Shown here: piece after piece, positions 37,133 to 46,507 of the stretch
How the letters are laid out: each line of letters opens with the position of its first letter
How positions within the stretch are numbered: the stretch's first letter is position 1
Assembly: GCA_027007005.1 (NCBI GenBank)
Contig: JALTFO010000024.1
Coordinates: 6,619 to 70,618, forward strand
Length of the DNA stretch: 64,000 nt
From: Candidatus Bipolaricaulota bacterium
Lineage (GTDB): Bacteria > Bipolaricaulota > Bipolaricaulia > UBA7950 > UBA9294
Direction of reading: 5' to 3'
Made by a program: the position numbers and the translations under genes
The notes under the pieces: model-generated
What the model saw: the letters and a program-made list of their open reading frames with translations, nothing else
Database searches by the model: none
Told to the model about the DNA's origin: nothing

Positions 37133-37762
37133 ATGAAAACAATACGGGTGGTGCTGGCCGACGATCATACCCTGGTGCGCCAGGGGTTGTCTTCGCTGCT
37201 TGCAGCGGACGACTCCATATGCGTTGTTGGTGAAGCAAAAGATGGTTACGGCCTACTAGAAAAGGTGAGATCCCTTCAGCCAGACGTAGCTCTCGTCGAC
37301 ATATCGATGCCACTTCTTAACGGCCTTGACGCGCTAAGCAAGATCTCGCGGATCTCCCGGCAGACAAGGGCGATCATGCTATCGATGTTCTCTGACGAAG
37401 CATACATCGCTCAAGCATGGGAACACGGCGCGTGGGGATACGTACTTAAGGATGAAGCCCCAGAGCAGCTGATTAAAGCGATCCGTGCAGTAGCCGCTGG
37501 AGAGAAGAGTTTCCCAATGGACCCTGTGCCAGCCGTGACGCACGACCTGCTCAGCCCGCGTGAGCGAGAGGTTCTCCAGCTTATTGCTGAAGGAAAGAAG
37601 AACAGCGAGATCGCCGAGGTAATGATGAGGAGCCTGCACACAGTGCGCAATCACCGCGCGAGCTTGATGAGAAAACTGGGGGCACACAGCGCTGCGGAAT
37701 TGATGCGTGCAGCGGAGAAACTGGGTGTTGTGAGACTAGTCCCTCCCAAAGGATTGAAGTGA
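37133..37762 (+). CDS. Second NarL/FixJ-family response regulator
   Basis: It has VVLADDH, DVALVDISMP and LSPREREVLQLIAEGKKNSEIA. Its stop overlaps the GTG of the polyprenyl synthase gene (GTGA). Confidence 0.9.
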   Translation: MKTIRVVLADDHTLVRQGLSSLLAADDSICVVGEAKDGYGLLEKVRSLQPDVALVDISMPLLNGLDALSKISRISRQTRAIMLSMFSDEAYIAQAWEHGAWGYVLKDEAPEQLIKAIRAVAAGEKSFPMDPVPAVTHDLLSPREREVLQLIAEGKKNSEIAEVMMRSLHTVRNHRASLMRKLGAHSAAELMRAAEKLGVVRLVPPKGLK

Positions 37763-38778
37763 GCATACCACAGATATTGATGCTGTACCGTAGCATCCTG
37801 GAAAGAGGACTTGTAGCAGCGTTGCGCGATCCGGTTTCCGAGGAAGGGGTATCCTATAATGTTGATTCGCTCTATACGATACTCCGCTACCATGTCGGTT
37901 TGTATGATGAAAAAGGACGCGCTGAGAAAGCCTTGGGCAAGATGCTACGCCCCTCGCTTCTGCTATTCACCACGCAGGAACTGAAGGGAGATGTCAAGGG
38001 GGCTCTCCCCGCAGCAGTTGCACTGGAGCTGGTGCACAATTTCTCATTGATCCACGATGACATCCAGGACCATGATGAACTCAGGCGTGGGCGCTCGACG
38101 GTGTGGAAGCTGATTGGGGTGGCGCAGGCGATCAACGCCGGTGACCTGATGTACTCAATTGCGATAAGAAACGCTCTCGTTGCTGGAGCGGACGCCGCGG
38201 GCGCGATCATCGACGCGGCGAGGGTAATGATCGAAGGACAGGGGCTCGATCTTTCCTTTGAAAGCCGCTGGGTCGATGCGAACTCCTACATCGATATGAT
38301 CGATAAGAAGACGGGAGCTCTTATCTGTTGTGCATTTCGCACAGGAGGGATCATCGCGCAAACAGACGGTGCTACCCTCGACAGACTGACATCTCTTGGG
38401 AGGGAACTGGGAAGGGCTTTCCAGATCAGGGACGACCTGCTCGGAGTGTGGGGGGATGGCGATGTGACTGGAAAACCACAGGGATCTGATATAAGACGAA
38501 AGAAAAAGTCCTTTCCCGTTGTGCTCGCCATGCAGCGGGCCGACGAGGAGGGGAAGATGTTATTGGAACGGGTCTATGCTCAAGAGAGGGTCACAGATGG
38601 CGATGTTGAACGCGTGATAGGGATGATGACCGATCTTGGCGTGAAGAAAAGCGGAGAGGAAACGGTCGAGAGGCATCTCAAAGAAGCCAGTGGATACCTC
38701 GAGCGCTTGCCGCTATCGGAGGAAGGAAGAGGGCTGATGAATGAATTGATCGAGTATTTGGCGAGGAGGGAGAAATGA
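37759..38778 (+). CDS. Polyprenyl diphosphate synthase (trans-isoprenyl diphosphate synthase family)
   Basis: The first Asp-rich motif is LIHDDIQD(HD), and the second Asp-rich region is QIRDDLLGVWGD. Confidence 0.85.
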   Translation: MSIPQILMLYRSILERGLVAALRDPVSEEGVSYNVDSLYTILRYHVGLYDEKGRAEKALGKMLRPSLLLFTTQELKGDVKGALPAAVALELVHNFSLIHDDIQDHDELRRGRSTVWKLIGVAQAINAGDLMYSIAIRNALVAGADAAGAIIDAARVMIEGQGLDLSFESRWVDANSYIDMIDKKTGALICCAFRTGGIIAQTDGATLDRLTSLGRELGRAFQIRDDLLGVWGDGDVTGKPQGSDIRRKKKSFPVVLAMQRADEEGKMLLERVYAQERVTDGDVERVIGMMTDLGVKKSGEETVERHLKEASGYLERLPLSEEGRGLMNELIEYLARREK

Positions 38779-39779
38779 GACGGCCGGTGAAGTTGGATAT
38801 GAAGATGGCGCGCTACTTGATGGCGCAGAAGGCGAAACGAAGAAAGTACTTCCCGTTTGTCACCATGCTTGAACCGCTTGAGGCGTGTAACCTGCACTGC
38901 ATTGGATGCGGTCGAGTCATTGAATACAAGGACTACATCAACCATCGCCTGACGGTGGAGCAGTCGCTTGCGGCGGTGCATGCCTCTGGTGCGCCGATCG
39001 TCTCTATCTCTGGTGGTGAGCCCCTCTTACACGAGCAGATCGGCGAGATCACGCGTGCCATTCTGGAGGAGAAGCGATTCATCTACCTGTGTACCAATGG
39101 GCTGTTGCTGGAAGAGAAGCTCGACCTGTTCAAGCCATCGCCATACCTGTCCTTTGTCGTTCATCTCGACGGGACAAGAGATATCCATGACATGGTGACA
39201 CGTCACCCAGGGACGTACGATCAAGCGATCCGGAGCATCCGCGCGGCGATCGCGCGCGGGTTCCGGGTGAACACGAACACAACGATCTTCCATGGATCTA
39301 ATGTGGAGGAGCTGCACAAGCTGTTCGGTACCCTGACAAAGATGGGAGTGGAAGGGCTGATGGTCTCACCGGGGTACGCCTACGAGGATGTATCAGATCG
39401 CGAGCTGTTCCTGCAGCGACAGGAATCGATCAAGGTCTTCCGAAGGATCCTCGATCCCTCCAAGGGGTTCCCGTTCTACAACAACCCCCTATACCTCGAC
39501 TTCCTACGCGGAGAACGCACGTACGGGTGCGCCGCGTGGACAACGCCGACTTACACGGTGCGCGGGTGGCGCAAACCATGCTACATCCTCGCCGACGAGC
39601 ACACAGAAGATATAAACGAGCTGTTCGATCCCAAGCTTTGGGAGCACTACGGTCCAGGGAAGGATCGTCGGTGTGCCAATTGCATGATGCATTCGTCGTT
39701 TGAAGGGGCTAGCATCCTGCACGCGTTCTCTCACCCGTTGGACTTGCTTACAGTTGCGCGCGAGGAACGAAGGAAGTGA
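38775..39779 (+). CDS. hpnH: Radical SAM adenosyl-hopene transferase HpnH
   Basis: It has a CxxxCxxC cluster motif (CNLHCIGC), an HpnH-like N-terminus (YLMAQKAKRRKYFP) and a hopanoid gene context. Confidence 0.85.
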   Translation: MRRPVKLDMKMARYLMAQKAKRRKYFPFVTMLEPLEACNLHCIGCGRVIEYKDYINHRLTVEQSLAAVHASGAPIVSISGGEPLLHEQIGEITRAILEEKRFIYLCTNGLLLEEKLDLFKPSPYLSFVVHLDGTRDIHDMVTRHPGTYDQAIRSIRAAIARGFRVNTNTTIFHGSNVEELHKLFGTLTKMGVEGLMVSPGYAYEDVSDRELFLQRQESIKVFRRILDPSKGFPFYNNPLYLDFLRGERTYGCAAWTTPTYTVRGWRKPCYILADEHTEDINELFDPKLWEHYGPGKDRRCANCMMHSSFEGASILHAFSHPLDLLTVAREERRK

Positions 39780-40423
39780 TCATGGTTACCGCAGCATCCC
39801 ATGCCGAGCGAATCTGGATCCCGCGCCTGCCCGGCCTGCGCCGAGTGAGGACGGGAATGGGCGAAAGGGCTGGAGAGGTACTCGCTCGCTTGCTCGCTGT
39901 GGATGACAAGCCAAGCATCGTTGTCGGTACGGGGTTCTGCGGTGGGCTCTCACCCGATCTAAAGGCGGGGATGATCATCATCGGGGAGGCGATCGACTTC
40001 CAAGGAGAAGAGATGTCAGTTGATTCCTCGCTTATTGAACGCGCGCGAAGCGCTCTCGCCCGTGCAAGTCTGCCGTTCCGCGTGGGGAAGATCGTGACAA
40101 AGAAGAGTGTAATCAAGTCACCACTGGAGAAGGACGAGCTTGCGGGCGGCGGAAGCATTGCCGTTGACATGGAGAGTGGCCCGCTCGCTCGCGCCGCGCG
40201 TGATATGAAGATCGAGTTTCTGCCAGTGCGAGTTGTACTCGATAGCAGAGATCGGAGGCTTCCGTTCGTTGGTGATCGCCTGGACGCGCTTCGTTTTATT
40301 ATTAATCCGATTTCTACTCTGCGGCTTCTAAGAACATTAATCGTCTCAGGGCGCGTAATTGGGCGTGCTGTTGCCGCGATCGCAACTGAACTTACCGCAA
40401 GGGGGGAAGAATGCGTCGCGTAG
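39776..40423 (+). CDS. hpnG: Hopanoid-associated nucleosidase/phosphorylase HpnG (PNP_UDP_1 fold)
   Basis: It has GTGFCGGL and AVDMES motifs and sits between hpnH and ispG. The start is GTG 39776 or ATG 39782. Confidence 0.7.
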   Translation: MIMVTAASHAERIWIPRLPGLRRVRTGMGERAGEVLARLLAVDDKPSIVVGTGFCGGLSPDLKAGMIIIGEAIDFQGEEMSVDSSLIERARSALARASLPFRVGKIVTKKSVIKSPLEKDELAGGGSIAVDMESGPLARAARDMKIEFLPVRVVLDSRDRRLPFVGDRLDALRFIINPISTLRLLRTLIVSGRVIGRAVAAIATELTARGEECVA

Positions 40424-41475
40424 TCAATGTGGGTGATGTGAAGATCGGTGGAGATAATCCGGTTTCCGTGCAGTCGATGACCAACACCGACACTCGCGAT
40501 GTCGATGCCACCGTCTCACAGATTGAGCGATTGCAGGAGGCGGGATGCGAGATCGTGCGCGTGGCGGTCCCCGATGCAGACGCAGCGGCCGCCCTTCCTC
40601 AGATAAAGAAGCGAATCGATCTTCCACTCGTTGCCGACATCCATTTCGATCACCGTCTGGCCCTGGCCTCGATCGACGCCGGTGTGGACAAATTACGATT
40701 AAACCCCGGGAACATTACCGATCCAAAGAGGATTGAGCAGGTCGTGCTGGCGGCAAAGGGTGCAGGAATACCGATCCGCGTTGGGGCAAATTCCGGCTCG
40801 CTTGCCGATGAGTTTCTCGATGAGAATGGACATGCTACTGCCGATGGGATGGTCGATAGTGCGCTGAAGGAGATCCGGCTGCTGGAGGATCTGGACTTCA
40901 CCGATATCGTCGTTTCGCTCAAGGCGACCGACGTGATGATGACGCTCGCGGCCTACCGCAGGATCGTGCGCGAGGTCGACTATCCTCTGCACATCGGGAT
41001 CACCGAGGCGGGAACCCCATGGGGTGGGACGATCAAGTCCTCTGTTGGTATTGGAATCCTCCTTGCCGACGGGCTGGGAGATACGCTGCGTGTCTCACTG
41101 ACCGGTGATCCTGTAGAGGAGGTGCGCGTGGCATACCAGATCCTCGGTGCGTTGGATCTGCGTCAGCGAGGGATCATCTACCGTGTCTGTCCGACATGCG
41201 GGCGCACGCGGATCGACTTGTTCAAGATAGCAAACGAGATTCAGGAGCGGCTTTCAGATGTGAGAGAGCCACTAGTCGTCGCACTAATGGGGTGCATCGT
41301 AAACGGGATCGGCGAGGCGAAGGATGCGCAGATCAGCCTGTTTGGAGGAGAGGGGAACGGGACGATCAGCATCGCTGGGAAGCCAGTGAAACGTGCGGTC
41401 CCCGAGAATAGGCTGGCCGATGAGTTCGTAAGCACAGTACGAGAGTATCTGAGAGAGCGGAGAAACGAAGAATGA
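40411..41475 (+). CDS. ispG: 4-hydroxy-3-methylbut-2-en-1-yl diphosphate synthase
   Basis: GcpE motifs are present: VQSMTNT, RVAVP, LRLNPGN, CPTCGR, GCIVNGxGE. Confidence 0.93.
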   Translation: MRRVVNVGDVKIGGDNPVSVQSMTNTDTRDVDATVSQIERLQEAGCEIVRVAVPDADAAAALPQIKKRIDLPLVADIHFDHRLALASIDAGVDKLRLNPGNITDPKRIEQVVLAAKGAGIPIRVGANSGSLADEFLDENGHATADGMVDSALKEIRLLEDLDFTDIVVSLKATDVMMTLAAYRRIVREVDYPLHIGITEAGTPWGGTIKSSVGIGILLADGLGDTLRVSLTGDPVEEVRVAYQILGALDLRQRGIIYRVCPTCGRTRIDLFKIANEIQERLSDVREPLVVALMGCIVNGIGEAKDAQISLFGGEGNGTISIAGKPVKRAVPENRLADEFVSTVREYLRERRNEE

Positions 41476-43421
41476 GAGGAAAGACAGCCTTACAGGTGCA
41501 AACCGTTCAAACGATGCCTGAGCAGCTCGATCGCACGATCGAGCGCGCGGTCTCGCACCTGTTAGATTTGCAGTACGATGAGGGGTACTGGTGGGGCGAG
41601 CTAGAGTCGAACGTGACGATCACCGCCGAACATCTTTTCTTAACTCACATCCTTGGGGTTGGCGATGAGGTGGAGTGGAAGAAGATCGCCAACTATCTGC
41701 TCACTAAGCAGCGAGATGACGGAACATGGGGGATCTGGTATGACGGCCCGGCCGACCTCTCGACGACGATTGAAGCCTACGTGGCCCTTAAGATGGCAGG
41801 CGTCTCCCCCGACGCGCCGGAAATGGAGCGGGCAAGATCATTTATCTTATCGCGCGGCGGGGTGGAGCGAGCGCGCATCTTTACCAAGATCTGGCTTGCC
41901 ATCCTCGGCGAATGGGACTGGCGAGGCACGCCGATGATGCCCCCAGAGATCATCCTCCTTCCTAAGTGGTTTCCAATCAACATCTACGACTTTGGGTGCT
42001 GGGCACGGGGGACTGTCGTCCCGATGACGATCATCGCCACATTGCGACCTGTTTTCCCCCTTCCCCGCTGGGCTCACATCGATGAGCTGTTCGTGAACGG
42101 GAAGGCTAGAGCTGATCTCTCGCTTCCCAGGAAGAATACAACGTGGGCAAAGTTGTTCTCTTTCCTGGACTGCATTCTTCGAGTATACGAGCACTCGAAG
42201 GTCAAGCCACTTCGAAAGACGGCAATGAAGAGGGCGGAACGTTGGATCGAGGAGCGCCAGGAAGAAGACGGTTCCTGGGGCGGTATCCAACCACCCTGGG
42301 TTTACTCTTTGATTGCACTTCGTGCTCTCGGTAGGGACATGGATGACCCGGTGCTCAAGAAGGGATTTGCCGGTTTCTACGGGGAGAAGGGTTTTGCCAT
42401 CGAGGATGATAACGCTTTCCACTTGCAGTCGTGTCTTTCCCCTGTGTGGGATACGGCGCTTGCCACAGTAGCACTGGAAGATGCTGGTCTTCCGGATGAT
42501 CATCCGGCATTGGTCAAGGCCGGCAAGTGGTTACTCGATGAGCAGATCTTCACCGGCGGAGATTGGCAGGTGCGCTGTGATGCTCAGCCCGGTGGGTGGG
42601 CCTTTGAGTTTGCAAACGATATCTACCCGGATACCGACGATTCGTCAGTGGTAATGATGGGTCTGAAGCGGGTAAAGTTAGATGAGAAGAGAAAATCGCA
42701 GGCATTAGAGCGAGGTCTAACGTGGCTCCTGGCCATGCAGAGTTCAAATGGTGGTTGGGGAGCGTTCGATAGGAACAACACCAAAGCCTTCCTGCGACAG
42801 ATTCCGTTTGCAGACTTTGGAGAGATGATCGATCCCCCGTCGGTTGATGTGACAGCTCACATTGTAGAATACTTAGGAATGATTGGCTACAAGAAGGGAT
42901 CAAGCGTAATCGATCGTGCCCTTACCTACATTAAAAGGGAACAGGAGGCGGATGGGGCCTGGTTCGGACGCTGGGGAGTGAACCTGACCTACGGAATTGG
43001 AGCGGTTCTCCCTGCTCTTGCCGGTATCGGCGAGGACATGGGATCTCCTTATGTGCGACGAGCGGTCAACTGGCTGGTTGATCATCAGAACGAAGACGGC
43101 GGCTGGGGAGAACGGATCGAGGGGTACAAGGACGAGGCTTGGCGTGGGAGAGGATCATCCACTCCATCGCAGACGGCGTGGTCTCTTCTCGGACTAATCG
43201 CCGCGGGTGAGATCGAACATCCAGTAACAGTGGCGGGAATCGAGTACCTCATGCGAACTCAGCGAGAAGATGGGGGCTGGGATCAACCCTATTTCACGGG
43301 GACGGGATTCCCGGTTGATTTTATGATCAACTACCATCTCTATCGTGACATCTTCCCGGTGATGGCCCTCGGACGCTACCGTAACGCTCTGCACGGAGAT
43401 GAAGTTGGGGAGAAAACATGA
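41472..43421 (+). CDS. shc: Squalene-hopene cyclase
   Basis: It has QW repeats (QxxDGxWG several times) and the catalytic DxDD motif (PDTDDSSVV). Its length is 649 aa. Confidence 0.93.
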   Translation: MRGKTALQVQTVQTMPEQLDRTIERAVSHLLDLQYDEGYWWGELESNVTITAEHLFLTHILGVGDEVEWKKIANYLLTKQRDDGTWGIWYDGPADLSTTIEAYVALKMAGVSPDAPEMERARSFILSRGGVERARIFTKIWLAILGEWDWRGTPMMPPEIILLPKWFPINIYDFGCWARGTVVPMTIIATLRPVFPLPRWAHIDELFVNGKARADLSLPRKNTTWAKLFSFLDCILRVYEHSKVKPLRKTAMKRAERWIEERQEEDGSWGGIQPPWVYSLIALRALGRDMDDPVLKKGFAGFYGEKGFAIEDDNAFHLQSCLSPVWDTALATVALEDAGLPDDHPALVKAGKWLLDEQIFTGGDWQVRCDAQPGGWAFEFANDIYPDTDDSSVVMMGLKRVKLDEKRKSQALERGLTWLLAMQSSNGGWGAFDRNNTKAFLRQIPFADFGEMIDPPSVDVTAHIVEYLGMIGYKKGSSVIDRALTYIKREQEADGAWFGRWGVNLTYGIGAVLPALAGIGEDMGSPYVRRAVNWLVDHQNEDGGWGERIEGYKDEAWRGRGSSTPSQTAWSLLGLIAAGEIEHPVTVAGIEYLMRTQREDGGWDQPYFTGTGFPVDFMINYHLYRDIFPVMALGRYRNALHGDEVGEKT

Positions 43422-44272
43422 TGCAGGTAATAAAGGCTGACGTCCTCGGCTTCTGCTTCGGTGTTCGCCGAGCAGTGACAATGATTGAGACAGAACTTGA
43501 GAAGAACGGTCCTTTGTGCACCCTGGGCGCGATTGTGCACAACACACACGTTGTCGAAAGCCTCTCTGAAAAGGGAGGCAGGCTGGTGCGCGATCTCGAT
43601 GAGGTCCTTCCTGCTGAGGCGGTGGCGATCACCGCCCATGGTGCAGGAGAAGAAGTCTATGCTGCCATCCGCGAGCGCGAATTAAGGTTGATCGATACAA
43701 CATGTCCGATTGTCAGACGTGCACAACAAACAGCAGCCAACCTGGTGAAAGAGGGTTTCTTCGTCATCGTATACGGTGAAGCGGAGCACCCGGAGGTAAA
43801 AGGGATCCTATCCTGGACCGCAGGACGAGGGATCGCCACTCAGACGCCGGAGGTGGAGATACCGGATGGAACAAACGGTGTCGCCGTCATCGCGCAGACG
43901 ACGAAGAACCCGCAGCAGTTTGCCCAGTTTGCCGAGCGAGCAACGCGAGAATTCGCCCGCAGGGTTCCGGAAATCAGAATTGTCAACACCACGTGCCCGG
44001 AAACCGGCAGGCGCTATCAGGCGGGGAGTGAGCTAGCAAAGAAGGTCGATGTGATCCTTGTTGTTGGGAGCAGGTCTTCAGCAAACACACGGAAACTGGC
44101 GGAGACATGCAGCGCCACCGGCGTTTCTACACATCACATTGAGTCTTCGGATGAGATAGAAGAGGATTGGTTCACCGGCTGTAGCCGGTGCGGTGTCACC
44201 GCCGGCGCATCGACTCCAGATAAGGTGATCGAGGATGTCGTGCGCCGTTTGAATGAGGAAAAGGGGGAATAA
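43418..44272 (+). CDS. ispH: 4-hydroxy-3-methylbut-2-enyl diphosphate reductase
   Basis: LytB motifs are present: GFCFGVRRAV, IVHN, TCPxV, and SSNTxxL (here SSANTRKL). Confidence 0.93.
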   Translation: MMQVIKADVLGFCFGVRRAVTMIETELEKNGPLCTLGAIVHNTHVVESLSEKGGRLVRDLDEVLPAEAVAITAHGAGEEVYAAIRERELRLIDTTCPIVRRAQQTAANLVKEGFFVIVYGEAEHPEVKGILSWTAGRGIATQTPEVEIPDGTNGVAVIAQTTKNPQQFAQFAERATREFARRVPEIRIVNTTCPETGRRYQAGSELAKKVDVILVVGSRSSANTRKLAETCSATGVSTHHIESSDEIEEDWFTGCSRCGVTAGASTPDKVIEDVVRRLNEEKGE

Positions 44273-44766
44273 TGCAGGACGTAATAGGAACAGCAAGCAC
44301 ACGGGTGGAGGAGATGACGGTCCCACGGCTTTATCGGGAGATTCTGAAGCATACGGCAAGCGGAGCTCCGGAGTTCATCGATATTACGCAGGAGGTAAAG
44401 GATGTCCTTGCACGTTCCGAGATTCGCGAGGGATCAGTCTTGGTCTTCACCCGCCACACAACGGCAGCGATCGAGATCAACGAGGATGAGCCCTTGTTGA
44501 TGGAGGACCTCAAGCAGTTCCTGCTGCGCATTGCACCACGAGATGGAGACTACAAGCACAATGACTTCTTCATCCGCACGGCAAATATGACTGAGGACGA
44601 GTGCCCAAACGGGCACGCTCATTGCCAGCATCTGCTTTTAGGGACGAGCGAGACAATTCCTGTCGTTGATAGCGAGCTTCTACTGGGACGATGGCAGCGG
44701 ATCTTCCTGATTGAGCTCGATAGACCGCGCGAGCGCCAGGTATTCATACAAGTACAGGGATGGTAA
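44272..44766 (+). CDS. yjbQ: YjbQ/UPF0047-family protein (so-called secondary thiamine-phosphate synthase)
   Basis: It has IDITxxV, FTRHTTAAIEINE, and NGHAHCQHLLLGTSETIPV...LGRWQRIFLIELD. The ATG overlaps the ispH TAA (TAATG). An alternative start is at 44314. Confidence 0.75.
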   Translation: MQDVIGTASTRVEEMTVPRLYREILKHTASGAPEFIDITQEVKDVLARSEIREGSVLVFTRHTTAAIEINEDEPLLMEDLKQFLLRIAPRDGDYKHNDFFIRTANMTEDECPNGHAHCQHLLLGTSETIPVVDSELLLGRWQRIFLIELDRPRERQVFIQVQGW

Positions 44767-45662
44767 GAGAGCACATCGCAGCGCTTATCGACCTGCCGCA
44801 GGCTCCCCCTTCTGTGCAGGAATCCGAGGCGCTCTGCAAACGCCTGGCGCTGTCCCACTATGAGAACTTCACCGTTGTATCGTACCTTATCCCCCGTACG
44901 ATGCGACAGCCTCTCTACAACTTATACGCGTTTTGCCGCACGGTGGACGACATCGGAGACGAGGCCCCCGGTGATCGAAACGTCCTCTTAGATCGTTTCG
45001 AGGCTGAGCTTGCCGCCGCCTACGAGGGAACTCCCCATCACCCGGTTCTAGTCGCCCTCAAAGGGACAATCGAGCGCTTCGGCATGCCACGAGACCTATT
45101 CGAACGCCTCATTACCGCCAATCGCCTGGATCAAGTACAGAAGCGCTACCAGACTTTCGCTGAGCTTCTGCACTACTGTGACCATTCCGCTACCCCTGTG
45201 GGAAGGCTCTTTCTAATACTCTTTGGCTACCACGATGATGAGCTGTTCGCTCTCTCCGATAAGACATGCATCGCGCTGCAGCTTACTAACTTCTGGCAGG
45301 ACGTTAAACGCGACTACGAGAATGGTCGCATCTACCTACCGCACGACGAAATGGAGGAGTATGGCATAAGCGAGGACGATTTAGCAAGAGGGCGAGCAAC
45401 AGAGCAGTTCAAGGACCTGATGCGCTACCAGGTAGAGCGGGCGCGGGATTACTTCCGCGATGGCCTTCCTCTAATCGACCGCGTGCGTGGCTCGTTGCGC
45501 GTCGATATCGCCCTCTTCTCCCGCGGAGGCTTGGCAATCCTTGCTAAGATCGAGCAGCTTCACTACGACACACTAAAGGCTCGCCCAACGCTTGCTAAGT
45601 CAGAAAAGGTCAGGCTCTTCCTCTTAACGCTTCTTAGCCGTAGGTGGAGAAAATGGATCTAG
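44760..45662 (+). CDS. hpnC: Squalene synthase family protein HpnC (hydroxysqualene synthase)
   Basis: It has SHYENFTVVS, YAFCRTVDDIGDE and YCDHSATPVGRL, which is the HpnC-type pattern. Confidence 0.8.
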   Translation: MVREHIAALIDLPQAPPSVQESEALCKRLALSHYENFTVVSYLIPRTMRQPLYNLYAFCRTVDDIGDEAPGDRNVLLDRFEAELAAAYEGTPHHPVLVALKGTIERFGMPRDLFERLITANRLDQVQKRYQTFAELLHYCDHSATPVGRLFLILFGYHDDELFALSDKTCIALQLTNFWQDVKRDYENGRIYLPHDEMEEYGISEDDLARGRATEQFKDLMRYQVERARDYFRDGLPLIDRVRGSLRVDIALFSRGGLAILAKIEQLHYDTLKARPTLAKSEKVRLFLLTLLSRRWRKWI

Positions 45663-46507
45663 AGCATTCGTATCGCCTGTGCAGGCAGATAACACGACGT
45701 GAGGCAAGGAACTTCTACTACGCGTTCATAACCTTACCAACCGAGAAGCGGCAGGCGATCTACTCCGTGTACGCCTTTTGCCGTGAGGCGGACGACATCG
45801 CAGATGACAACCGGCCGATCGAAGAGAAGAAGACACGCTTGAGAGAGCTGCGGGAACGGCTACAGCGTGCGGGCGCGGGCAATCCACTGGGTGGAATCGA
45901 CTTAGCCCTTTCAGATGTGCTTGCGCGTTTTGGAATCGACTTCCAAGACCTTGCTCACGTGATCGATGGAGTGCAGATGGACCTTACGATCTCCCGCTAC
46001 GAGACGTTCGGCGACTTGCAGGTCTACTGCTACCGTGTTGCCTCTGCTGTTGGTCTCTCCGTACTTCCCATCCTTGCCGGTGGCAGAGAGAGGCTGCCAG
46101 GAGAGGCGAGGGCTCTTGGGGAGAAACTTGGTCTAGGGATGCAACTAGGAAACATTGTGCGCGATGTGGCAGAAGACATCATGATCGACCGTGTGTACAT
46201 CCCGCAGGAGGACTTGCGTCGCTTCGAAGTGACCGAGGAAATGCTTCGCGAGGGTGTATTGAACGATCGTATGCGAAATCTCCTCTCATTTGAGAGCAAG
46301 AGAGCACTTGGCTACATGCGTGAAGGAGAGAGCGTCTCCAAGTTCCTTCCGCGAAACGCACGGGGCTGCATCAAGCTTCTTGCTGGAACTTACACGCGCA
46401 TCCTGGAAATGGCAGAAGCGAGAAACTACGATGTGTTCAAGGAGAGGCTATCACTTTCCAGAGCAGAGAAGATTCGCCTCATCCTGCGCACATGGTTTGG
46501 GCGATGA
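45644..46507 (+). CDS. hpnD: Presqualene diphosphate synthase HpnD
   Basis: It has NFYYAFITLP, YAFCREADDIADD and YCYRVASAVG. The start is GTG 45644 or ATG 45653. Confidence 0.8.
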   Translation: MEKMDLEHSYRLCRQITRREARNFYYAFITLPTEKRQAIYSVYAFCREADDIADDNRPIEEKKTRLRELRERLQRAGAGNPLGGIDLALSDVLARFGIDFQDLAHVIDGVQMDLTISRYETFGDLQVYCYRVASAVGLSVLPILAGGRERLPGEARALGEKLGLGMQLGNIVRDVAEDIMIDRVYIPQEDLRRFEVTEEMLREGVLNDRMRNLLSFESKRALGYMREGESVSKFLPRNARGCIKLLAGTYTRILEMAEARNYDVFKERLSLSRAEKIRLILRTWFGR

